Shown: piece after piece, positions 1-10,070 of the stretch
Position numbering within the stretch: position 1 is the stretch's first letter
How the letters are laid out: every line of letters starts with the position of its first letter
DNA from: the human T2T-CHM13v2.0 reference genome, Homo sapiens
NCBI RefSeq assembly: GCF_009914755.1
Contig: NC_060925.1
Reading direction: 5' to 3' (one strand)
DNA: 64,000 nt
Program-made: the position numbers and the translations under genes
The notes under the pieces: generated by a model
Told to the model about the DNA's origin: nothing
Databases searched by the model: none
What the model saw: only the letters and a program-made list of their open reading frames with translations

Positions 1-760
1 CCAAAGATTATAAAGTGACAATGGTCTGGCTTTTAAAGCCACAGCAACTCAGGGAATTTCCAGGGTGCTAGGGATACAATATCACCTTCACTGCACCTGC
101 AGGCCACAATCCTCAGAGAAGGTCGAGAAGGCAAATGAAACACTCAAGAGGCACTTAAGGAAACTAACACAAGAAACTCATCTCCCATGGCCTACTCTCT
201 TGCCCATGCCCTTGTTAAAAATCCGAAATTCTCCTCACAACATGGGGCTCAGTCAATATGATATGCTATATGGGTGACTTTTTCTCACAAATGACCTCCT
301 ACTTGATCAGGAAATGGCCAACTTGGTCAAGGAAATAACTTCCTTGGCAAAATATCAACAAAACCTTAAGAACCTACCCAAAGGATATCACAGAGACAAG
401 GGAACAGAGTTGTTCCAACCAGGAGATCTAGTGTTGGTCAAGTCCCTCCCCTCTACCTCCCCATCTATGGATTTCTTGTGGGAAGGACCATACTCGGTAA
501 TCCTCTCTACCCCCACTGCAGTTAAGGTGGCAGGAGTGAAATCTTAGATTCACCACACCGGAGTTAAACTTTGGACACCCCCTGAGGAACCTGCAAGACT
601 GTAAGCTCAGGAGACCCAAGATCAGCCAGACCAGCCTCGATACACCTGTGAACCATTGGAGGACTTGTGTCTCCTATTTTGGAAGGAAATATCCCAGACT
701 GAAAAGACTCCTACAGCTGATTCTGAGGAAAAACCCCTTCCGACTTAAAAAAGATAAGTG
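1..760 (+). pseudogene. pol: ERV9-family pol 3' end (integrase core end and GPY C-terminal domain), decayed
   Basis: Frames read ...RPQSSEKVEKANETLKRHL...PWPTLLP and FQPGDLVLVK...WEGPYSVILSTPTAVKV, typical of gammaretroviral integrase; in-frame stops present; truncated by window start. Confidence 0.9.
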
Positions 761-1537
761 AAAACATACATAAATCTTTAACACCTCTCTTTGCCCCTTT
801 ACTGCAATCCTTTTACTGTTTCATCACATTATTAAGCAGCACACTAACCATACTCTTTGCAGTAGGACTATATACTGTGGCTCCTGCCAGGATAAAAATA
901 AAGCAGACCCTATCAGTGCCCCTCAAAGCTCAAGTCCATCAGTGCAGGGCAATACAATACCCCTACTTATAGGGTTAGGAATAACCACTGCTACAGGAAC
1001 TGGAATAGCCAGTTTATGTACCTCATTATCCTACTACCACATACTCTCATAGGATTTCTCAGTTTGCAAGAGATAACAAGATCTATCCTTACTCTGCAAT
1101 CCCAAATAGACTCTTTGGCAGCAGTGACTCTCCAAAACCGCTGAGGCCTAGACCTCCTCACTTTCAAACTCTTAAACCAACCTCTGGAGTTGGGCAACAT
1201 GGCTTCTCCCCTTTCTAGGTCCTGTGACAGCCATCTTGCTATTACTCGCCTTCGGATCCTGTATTTTTAGCCTCCTTGTCAAATTTGTTTCCTCCAGAAT
1301 CAAGGCCATCAAGCTACAGATGGTCTTATAAATGGAACCCCAAATGAGCTCAACTCACAACTTCTACCAAGGACCCCTGGACTGACCCACTGACCCTTTG
1401 ACTGGCCTAGAGAGTTCCCCTCTGGAGGATGCTACAACTGCAAGGCCCCCTCTTTGCCCCTATCCAGCAGGAAGTAGCTAGAGCAGTCATCACCCAATTC
1501 CCAACAGCAGTTGGGGTGTCCTGTTTAGAGAGGGGAT
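761..1537 (+). pseudogene. env: ERV9-family env remnant with two internal deletions, followed by the polypurine tract
   Basis: 900-1537 is collinear with 7100-7868 of the second provirus (fusion peptide, partial LQNR.GLDLL, FLGP transmembrane region); PPT agagagggga precedes the LTR. Confidence 0.85.
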
Positions 1538-2092
1538 TGAGAGGTGAAGCCAGCTGGATTTCCTGGGTCAAGTGGGGACTTCAGGAACTTTTCTGTCTTA
1601 CAAGAGGATTGTAAAATGCATCAATCAGCACTCTGTAGCTAGCATTGTAAAACTCACCAATCAGCACTCTGTAGCTAGCAAGGGGATTGTAAAATGCACC
1701 AATCAGCACTCTGTAAAATGCACCAATCAGTGCTCTGTAAAATGCACCAATCAGCACTCTGTAAAATGCACCAATCAGCTGGATCCTAAAAGTAGCCAAT
1801 CGCAGGGAGGACTGAAAAAAGGGCACTCTGATAGGACAAAAATAGAACATGCGAGGGGACAAATAAGGGAATAAAAGCTGGCCACCCCCAGCCAGCAGCA
1901 GCAACACACTCAGGTCCCCTTCCACACTGTGGAAGCTTTGTTCTTTCGCTCTTCACAATAAACTTTACTACCACTCACTCTTTGGGTCCGTGCCATCTTT
2001 AAGAGCTGTAACACTCACCGCGAAGGTCCATGGTTCCATTCTTAAAGTCAGTGAGACCACTAACCCACTGGCAGGAACGAACTCCAGACACA
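1538..2092 (+). mobile_element. LTR12-family (ERV9) 3' LTR, short LTR12F-like variant
   Basis: Starts TGAGAGGTGAAGCC, ends GACACA; tandem gcaccaatcagcactctgtaaaa units; GGAATAAAAG TATA-like box; AATAAA. Confidence 0.9.
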
Positions 2093-2186
2093 AGATGATG
2101 GAAGCCAACCCTCTCTGTGCTTGGTCCCTCTGGCTTTCTGTTTCTCCTACATGTTACTCCTCCCTCAATGAGTGCTTTCCTATGAC

Positions 2187-2282
2187 CATGGTTCTCAACA
2201 CTGGCTATGCAAAAGAACCTTCTAGGGATGTTTTATGAATACCCATGCATGTGCCCTAAGCCTATACATATTGAAAAGTCTT
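2187..2282 (+). mobile_element. MER5-like hAT-Charlie MITE, left part (right part at 8719-8757)
   Basis: Begins catggttctcaacactggct; continues after the L1/ERV insertion as ccccaggtgattccagtgtgcagc. Confidence 0.55.
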
Positions 2283-2287
2283 TTCTC

Positions 2288-2586
2288 AATAGCAAAGACT
2301 TGGAACCAACCCAAATGCCCATCAATGATAGAATGGATAAAGAAAATGTGGCACTATGGAATACTATGCAGCCATAAAAAAGGAGGAGTTCGTGTCCTTT
2401 GCAGGGACATGGATGAAGCTGGAAACTATCATTCTCAGCAAAGTAATACAGGAACAGAAAACCAAACACCACATGTCCCCACCCAAAGGTGGGAGTTGAA
2501 CAATGAGAACACATGGACACAGGGAGGGGAACATCACACACCAGAGCCTGTTAGGGGGTAGGGGTCTAGGGGATGGATACCATTAG
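2288..2586 (+). mobile_element. 5'-truncated L1PA (ORF2 end and 3' UTR), left part
   Basis: aatagcaaagacttggaaccaacccaaatgcccatcaatgatag (SIAKTWNQPKCPS, L1 ORF2 C-terminus) and gaacacatggacacagggaggggaacatcacac. Confidence 0.92.
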
Positions 2587-3287
2587 TGAGAGGTGAAGCC
2601 AGCTGGGCTTCTGGGTTGGGTGGGGACTCAGAGAACTTCTCTGTCTAGCTAAAGAATTGTAAACACACCAATCAGTGCTCTGTGTCTAGCTAAAGGTTTG
2701 TAAATGCACCAATCAGTGTTCTATGTCTAACTAAATGTTTGTAAATGCACCAATCAGCACTCTGTAAAACAGACCAATCAGCACTCTGTAAAATGGACCA
2801 ATCAGCAGGACATGGGTGGGGTGAAATAAGGGAATAAAAGCTGGCCTCCTGAGCCAGCAGCTGCAACCAGCTCAGGTCCCCTTCCACACTGTGGCAGCTT
2901 TGTTCTTTCGCTCTTCAAAATAAATCTTGCTTCTGCTCAATCTTTGGGTCCACACTACCTTTATGAGCTGCAACACTCACTGCAAAGGTCTGTGGCTTCA
3001 CTCCTGAAGTCAGTGAGACCACAAACCCAGAGGGAGGAACAAACAACTCCGGACGCACCACTTTTAAGAGCTGTAACACTGCGAGGATCTGCGGCTTCAC
3101 TCCTTAAGTCAAGCTAGACCATGAACCCATCAGAAGGAAGAAACTCTGGACACATCTGAACATCTGAAGGAACAAACTCCAGACACACCATCTTTAAAAA
3201 CTGTAACACTCACTGTGAGCGTCTGTGGCTTCATTCTTGAAGTCAGCAAGACCAAGAACCCACCGGAAGGAACCAATTCCAGACACA
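2587..3287 (+). mobile_element. 5' LTR (LTR12 family)
   Basis: TG...CA termini; CCAAT repeats in U3; tandem U5 repeats (aagagctgtaacactcactgc...gaagtcag). Confidence 0.93.
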
Positions 3288-3290
3288 TTT

Positions 3291-3326
3291 TGGCAACCAC
3301 AAATGTACAATCACCAAGTGGTGAGT
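3291..3326 (+). other. Primer-binding site (degenerate tRNA-Arg type) and major splice donor
   Basis: TGGCAACCAC 3 nt after the LTR; GTG|GTGAGT donor at 3320/3321. Confidence 0.6.
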
Positions 3327-4268
3327 ACCATTGGACCCCTTTCACTTGCTATTCTGTCCTATTTTTCCTTAGAATTTCGGGGCTAAATACCGGGCACCTG
3401 TTGGCCAGTTAAAAGGGACTAGCACGGCCACTGGACTAAAAACACGAGCGTCAGGCTTTCTGGAAAAGGGCTCTCTAACAACCCCCGAGCCAGATTGCAC
3501 TTTCCCTATACTTCTGCGCTGAGCCAAGGGTCGACAGAGAGGAAGGCCATTCAGCTCTGGGGTCCCGACAACAAGTTGGATGACCCTGCGGCCATGAGTG
3601 GAACTCTCAAAGTCACGACGCCCAAGCGAGACTAGCCCATCTATCCTATCGATCCTGACCCTTGCGTCCTGGGTCCTAATGCTTGTCAGACAAACTTCCT
3701 CTTGCCTCTCTTCTCTGAGGATAGTCCCACTTCTAAAAACCACTCTCTGTCTCTGGTGCTTTTCTAGTTTCTCCTACAAGAATGATTTCTCTCCAGGACT
3801 CTATTCCCTTCTTTAGGCACCTGGGCTCACTAACCAGAAAGACACAATTTTTGCCCAAAGCCCTGCCAGGGTGGGGCACTATCTTATCTGGAATTTTAGG
3901 ATCCCTCCTCAGACTCGCAGGCCTAACCTCAGAAATGGTATCTTTCCTATTCATATAAGTGAGGACAAAAGGCTTCACTCTTCCAACTCTGAAGATCCCT
4001 CCCCTCCCTCAGGGTACGGCCCTCCACTTAATTTTGGGGGCATAACATCTTTATAGGACATGGTTAAAGTCCCAATACTAACAGCAGAATGCTTATGACT
4101 CTAACAGATTTTCGAGAATGTGTCAGTAAGGGCCTCTAAATCCAATTTTTCTTGGTCCTCTTTGTGGTCTAGGAGGACAGGCAAGGGTGCAGGTTTTCGA
4201 GAATGCATCAGTAAGGGCGACTAAATCCGACCTTCCTCGGTCCTCCTTGTGGTCTAGGAGGAAAACTA

Positions 4269-4505
4269 GTGTTTCTGCTGCTGTGTCAGTGAGTGCAACT
4301 ATTCTGATCAGCAGGGTCCAGGGACCGTTGCGGGTTCTTCGGCAAGAGGTGTTTCTGCTACTGCATCAGTGAGCACAACTATTCTGATCAGCAGGGTCCA
4401 GGGACCATTGCAGGTTCTTGGGCAAGAGGTGTTTCTGCTGCTGCATCTGTGAGCACAACTATTCTGAACAGCAGGGTCCAGGGACCGTTGTGGGTCCTTG
4501 GGCAG
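4269..4505 (+). repeat. 80-bp tandem repeat x3 in the ERV9 leader
   Basis: gtgtttctgct...aactattctga.cagcagggtccagggacc units start at 4269, 4349 and 4429. Confidence 0.9.
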
Positions 4506-4550
4506 GGGGAGAAACAAACAAACCAAAACCACGGGCGGTTTGTCTTTCAG

Positions 4551-6076
4551 ATGGGAAACACTCAGGCATCAACAGGCTCACCCCTGAAATGTATTCTAAG
4601 CCATTGGGACCAATTTGACTCACAAACCCTGAAAAAGAGGTGGCTCATTTTTTTCTGCACTATGGCGTGGCCCCAATATTCTCTCTCTGATGGGGAAAAA
4701 TGGCCACCTGAGGGAAGTATAAATTACAATACTATCCTGCAGCTTGATCTTTTCTGTAAGAGGGAAAGCAAATGGAGTGAAATAGCTTATGTCCAAGCTT
4801 TCTTTTCATCGAAGGAGAATACACAACTATGCAAAGCTTGCAATTTACATCCCACAGGAGGACCTCTCAGCTTACCCCCATATCCCAGCCTCCCTATAGC
4901 TCCCCTTCCTATTAATGATAAGCCTCCGCTAATCTCCCCCGCCCATAAGGAAATAAGCAAAGAAATACCCAAGGGACCACAAGAACCCCCCCTCCCCCCC
5001 CCACAGGCTATCATTTTTGTCTCCTTCAAGCTGTAGGGGGAGGGGAATTTGGCCCATCCCGAGTACATGTCCCCTTCTCCCTCTCTGATTTAAAGCAGAT
5101 CAAGGCAGACCTGGCGAAGCTTTCAGATGATCCTGATAGATATACAGATGTCCTACAGGGTCTAGGGCAAACCTTCAATCTCACTTGGAGAGATGTCATG
5201 CTATTGTTAGATCAAACCCTGGCCTTTAATGAAAAGAATGCAGCTTTAGCTGCAGCCTGAGAGTTTGGAGATATCTCGTATCTTAGTCAAGTAAATGATA
5301 CAATGACAGCCAAAGAAAGGGACAAATTCCCTACCAGTCAGAAAGCCGTCCCCAGTATGGATCCCCACTGTGACCTCAACTCAAATCATGGGGACTGGAG
5401 TCTTAAACATCTGCTGACTTGTGTTCTAGAAGGACTAAGGAGAATTAGGAAATAGCCCAGGTACATGTCCCCTTCTCCCTCTCTGATTTAAAGCAGATCA
5501 AGCAGATCATTGAATTATTCAATGATGTCCACCATAACTCAGGGAAAGGAAGAAGATCCTTCTGCCTCCCTCAAGTGGCTACAGAAGGCCTTAAGAAAAT
5601 ATACTCCCCTGTCGCCTGACTCCCTTGAGGGTCAATTGATCCTAAAAGATAAGTTTATTACCCAATCAGCCACAGATATCAGGAGAAAGCTCCAAAAGCG
5701 AGCCCTGGGCCCTGAACAAACTCTGGAGGCGTTATTAAACCTGGCAACCTCAGTGTTCTGTAATAGGGACCAAGAAGAACAGGCCCAAAAGGAAAAGTGA
5801 GATCAGAGAAAGGCCGCAGCCTTAGTCATGGCCCTCAGATAAACAAACCTTGGTGGTTCAGAGAGGACAGAAAATGGAGCAGGCCAATCACCCAGTAGGG
5901 CTTGTTATCAGTGTGGTTTACAAGGACACTTTAAAACAGACTGTCCAATGAGAAACAAGCCACCCCCTCATCCATGTCCCCTATGCTGAGGCAGTCACTG
6001 GAAGATGCACTGCCCCAGACTGCAATGGTTCTCTGGGCCAGAAGCCCCCAACCAGATGATCCAACAACAGGATTGA
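4551..6076 (+). pseudogene. gag: ERV9 gag, frameshifted with stops
   Basis: MGNTQ myristoylation start, WPPEGSINYNTILQLDLFC, capsid QGKEE...KFITQSA, zinc knuckle CYQCGLQGHFKTDC near 5903-5944, stop TGA at 6074-6076. Confidence 0.9.
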
Positions 6077-6535
6077 GTGTGCCCAGGGCAAGCGCCAGCT
6101 CATGTCATCAGACTCACTGAGCGCCGGGTACGTTTGACCATTGAGGGCCAGGAAATTGACTTCCTCCTGGACACTGGCGTGGCCTTCTCAGTGTTAATCT
6201 CCTGTCCCAGATGACTGTCCTCAAGGTCCGTTACTATCCGAGGAATATTGGGACAGCCTGTAACCAGGTATTTCTCCTGCCTCCTCAGTTGTAATTGGGA
6301 GACTTTGCTCTTTTCACATGCATTTCTTCTTATGCCTGAAAGTCCCACACCCTTATTAGGGAGGGACATATTAGCCAAAGTTGGAGCTATTATCTACATG
6401 AATATGGGGAACAAGTTACCCATTTGTAGTCCCCTGCTTGAGGAGGGAATCAACTCTGAAGTCTGGGCATTGGAAGGACAATTCGGAAGGGCAAAAAATG
6501 CCCACCCAGTCCAAATCAGGCTAAAAGACCCCATC
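6077..6535 (+). pseudogene. pro: ERV9 protease and first codons of RT, decayed
   Basis: FLLDTG near 6161-6180, ESPTPLLGRDIL, PVQIRLKDP, then an abrupt jump into env. Confidence 0.85.
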
Positions 6536-7868
6536 AGTGTAATTACACCCTACAACTTCAAGCCCCAGCTGATCATAGTAACTTCTGAGTCACCCGAACA
6601 GCTCCATTGAGATGACTTGTCCGCTTCTCAGGGCCTCCAAAAATCATCATCTCCTCCCTGCTTAACAAACAGTCCAGGTTTTGTAATGGCAAACATACTC
6701 CCTGCATGACCATTCACCCCTGGGACACCCTGCAGCAGCGTCCCCACCACTAGTGAATGCTTCCTCATCCCCTCTTTCAATCACTCTCTCGAATGGTTCC
6801 TAGTAGATACAGAACAATTTTTTCTCCAACGGGAAAACAGAACACAGGGAGCCACTCGGTTTTCTCCCAACGCCCCTTTCCAGCCACCCACCGGAGCTAC
6901 CTTGGCAAGTACTCTAGGAATATGGGGAAAAGAAAACAACAAACTCACCCACCTTTTTTAACATACACAACCAGTTCTGTCTACCCAGCTAAGGTATATT
7001 CTTCTTATGTGGAACGTCGACCTATATCTGCCTCCCCACTAACTGGACAGGCACCTGCACCTTAGTTTTTCTAAGTCCCAACATTAACATTGCCCAAGGA
7101 AATCAGACCCTATCAGTACCCCTCAAAGCTCAAGTCTGTCAGCGCAAAGCCATACAACTAATACCCCTACTTATAGGGTTAGGAATGGCTACTGCTACAG
7201 GAACCGGAATAGCCAGTTTATCTACTTAATTATCCTACTACCACACACTCTCAAAGGATTTCTCAGACAGTCTGCAAGAAATAATGAAATCTATCCTTAC
7301 TCTACAATCCCAAATAGACTCTTTGGCAGCAGTGACTCCAAAACCACCGAGGCCTAGACCTCCTCACTGCTGAGAAAGGAGGACTCTGCACCTTCTTAGG
7401 GGAAAAGTGTTGTTTTTACACTAACCAGTCAGGGATAGTATGAGATGCCACCCAACATTTACAGGAAAAGGCTTCTGAAATCAGACAATGCCTCTCAAAC
7501 TCTTACACCAACCTGTGGAGTTGGGCAACATGGCTTCTCCCCTTTCTAGGTCCCATGACAGCCATCTTGCTATTACTTGTCTTTGGGCCCTGAATTTTTA
7601 ACCTCCTTGTCAAATGTGTTTCCTCCAGGATCAAGGCCACCAAGCTACAGACGGTCTTACAAATGGAACTCCAAATGAGCTCAACTAACAACTTCTACCA
7701 AGGACCCCTGAACCAACCCATTGGCCTTTTCACTGGCCTAAAGAGTTCCCCTCTGGAGGACACTACAACTGCAGGGCTTCTTCTTCACCCCTATCCAGCA
7801 GGAAGTAGCTACAGCAGTCATTGCCCAATTCCCAACAGCAGCTGGGGTGTCCTGTTTAGAGGGGGGAT
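6536..7868 (+). pseudogene. env: ERV9 env (partial SU plus TM), decayed
   Basis: AIQLIPLLIGLG fusion peptide, immunosuppressive domain [20 protein letters not shown]6CC, transmembrane region, PPT. Confidence 0.9.
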
Positions 7869-8565
7869 TGACAGGTGAAGCCGGCTGGGCTTCTGGGTCG
7901 GGTGGGGACTTGAAGAACTTTTCTGTCTAGCTAAAGGATTGTAAACACACCAATCAGCACTCTGTGTCTAGCTAAAGTTTGTAAATGCACCAAGCAGCAC
8001 TCTGTAAAAATGCACCAATCAGTGCTCTGTGTCTAGCTAAAGGTTTGTAAGTGCACCAATCAGTGCTCTGTGAAATGGACCAATCAGCAGGACGTGGGCA
8101 GGGTGAAATAAAGGAATAAAAGCTGGCCACCTGAGCCAGCAGCAGCAACCTGCTTGGGTCCCCTTCCACACTGTGGAAGTTTTGTTCTTTTGCTCTTCAC
8201 AATAAATCTTGCTGCTGCTCACTCTTTGGGTCCACACTACCTTTATGAGCTGTAACACTCACTGCGAAGGTCTGCAGCTTCACTCCTGAAGTCAGCAAGA
8301 CCACAAACCCACCGGGAGGAACAAACAACTCCAGACGCACCACCTTTAAGAGCTGTAACACTCACTGCAAAGGTCTGTGGCTTCACTCCTGAAATCAAGC
8401 TAGACCACGAACCCACCAGAATGAAGAAACTCTGGACACATCTGAAGGAACACAGTCCGGACACACCATCTTTAGGAACTCTAACACTCACCGTGAGGGT
8501 CCACAGCTTCATTCTTGAAGTCAGCAAGACCAAGAAACCACCAGAAGGAACCAATTCCGGACACA
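7869..8565 (+). mobile_element. 3' LTR (LTR12 family)
   Basis: Direct repeat of 2587-3287, TG...CA termini. Confidence 0.93.
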
Positions 8566-8710
8566 TTAGGAGAAATACCTAATGTAGATGACGGGTTGAT
8601 GAGTGCAGCAAACCACCATGGCATGTGTATACCTATGTAACAAACCTGCACGTTCTGCACGTGTATCCCAGAACTTAAAGTATAATTTTTTAAAAATACC
8701 ATGAAAAAGA
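8566..8710 (+). mobile_element. L1PA 3' UTR end and A-rich tail, right part
   Basis: gagaaatacctaatgtagatgacgggttg...aacaaacctgcacgttctgcac...cagaacttaaagtataa; TSD gaaaagtctt at 2273-2282 and 8709-8718. Confidence 0.92.
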
Positions 8711-8985
8711 AAAGTCTTCCCCAGGTGATTCCAGTGTGCAGCTAGGACTAGGACGTTTAACCTACAGTGTTCCTCTTCAAATACTTGACTGATTCCTATT
8801 CTTTTTCACAATCCACAGTGATCAGCATTTCCTAAAGTGGACCTTTCCCTGCCTGCCTGGACTATGTCATATCTACCATATCACCTACCCTCAGAGCCAC
8901 TATGCACCACTCCTTCATGATTGCAATAGCTAGCATTTATCAAGGCCTTAATATGGGTGGGGCACCATTCTAAGAGATTTACTGT

Positions 8986-8988
<3 letters not shown>

Positions 8989-9020
<32 letters not shown>
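8989..9020. repeat. (CA)n microsatellite
   Basis: Uninterrupted CA run. Confidence 0.95.
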
Positions 9021-9026
<6 letters not shown>

Positions 9027-9249
9027 TGCGTCAAAACTAAGAAGTGAGCAGCTGAAATTTTGCATCTTTGCAGAACAAAATCAATGGCAATTATCTTTTT
9101 AAAAAACAAACTTGAGCTCTGGTACTCTGCTTGGGATCTCTGTTTGACACTGTTTCATGCTTTCATCTTAGTTATCCCCAACATACGTTGGGAGATGAAA
9201 TCTTGTCATTCCAAGTATTAGGTGCAGGAGATCAGGAGTGGGGGGATCT

Positions 9250-9382
9250 AATTAGCTGCTAGTGAGTAGAAGCCAAGGATGTAACTAAACATCTTACTAT
9301 GTTGCTAAACACCTTACAGCCCCTGCCACAACAAAGAATTCTTTGCCCAAAATAGCAATCCATGCTGAGGTTGAAAAACTGT
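9250..9382 (+). mobile_element. MER20-like hAT fragment
   Basis: gagtagaagccaaggatg...acaacaaagaatt...gctgaggttgaaaaactg. Confidence 0.6.
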
Positions 9383-9869
9383 CTACATAAATAAAAGTGC
9401 ATGTGTTCAGAGAAATAGGACTTTACATCAGTAATGTTTATTGAGTAGAGGTAGTAGACCAACCAAATTTTGTGAATAGCTTATTTAGTGAGGTATCATT
9501 TAAACCAAGATCCATTAACATTTTTAAAATTTTACTTTATCATACTTAACAAACAAAAAGGAGAGCAAAATGGAAAAAGCTGATATGTCTGTCTGTGGTT
9601 TGTATAGCTTGGGATTCATTCATTCACATATTGAAGATTACCTCATTTCCTTTTCAGATTCTGGAAAGACACACTGTGGTTTTGGGAATATCTGTTTGAA
9701 TATTAAACCAGTTATTCTCAGAAAGAATGGAACAATGCTCTGAATAAGAAAATCTTGAATTCCCACAGAGAATTAAGCAATTTAATCATACTGTAGATTT
9801 TTTTTTTCAGATCAACAGTGTTAAAACAGATTCTTCAAAGGGGCAACTTACGGAGAAAACCAGGGACTG

Positions 9870-10070
9870 GGACCACAGGGGCAGAGATTCAAGTCCTCAT
9901 TCAACCACTTCCCAGCTATGTTGTCATGAGCATATTATTTACCCCTTCAGAACTGAGTTTCCAACCGTATAAAATGAGGATCAAAATGCCTACCACTCAG
10001 GAATAATTTGAGGATTTAATGAGGTGATATTAATAAATCAACTGGCACACAGTGGAAAGATAGCAAATGA
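9870..10070 (+). mobile_element. MIR SINE
   Basis: MIR core-like ttcaagtcc...ccacttcccagctatg...aaaatgagga...gaggatttaatgag. Confidence 0.55.

Larger units (their letters stand above)
2587..8565 (+). mobile_element. ERV9/HERV9-family provirus with two LTR12 LTRs, pol-deleted
   Basis: Two ~700 bp direct-repeat LTRs, PBS, gag, pro, env and PPT; 4-bp target-site duplication TTAG at 2583-2586 and 8566-8569. Confidence 0.95.

Noticed and set aside
1610-1780. CRISPR-like regular repeats
   Set aside because: Head-to-tail LTR12 U3 CCAAT units with no unique spacers; eukaryotic context
4449-5036. 195-aa ORF as a functional gene
   Set aside because: It is the N-terminal ERV9 gag fragment ending at a frameshift near a poly-C run; downstream gag has multiple stops
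6536-7868. Syncytin-like domesticated env
   Set aside because: No signal peptide or start, plus frameshifts and stops (e.g. just before the immunosuppressive domain)
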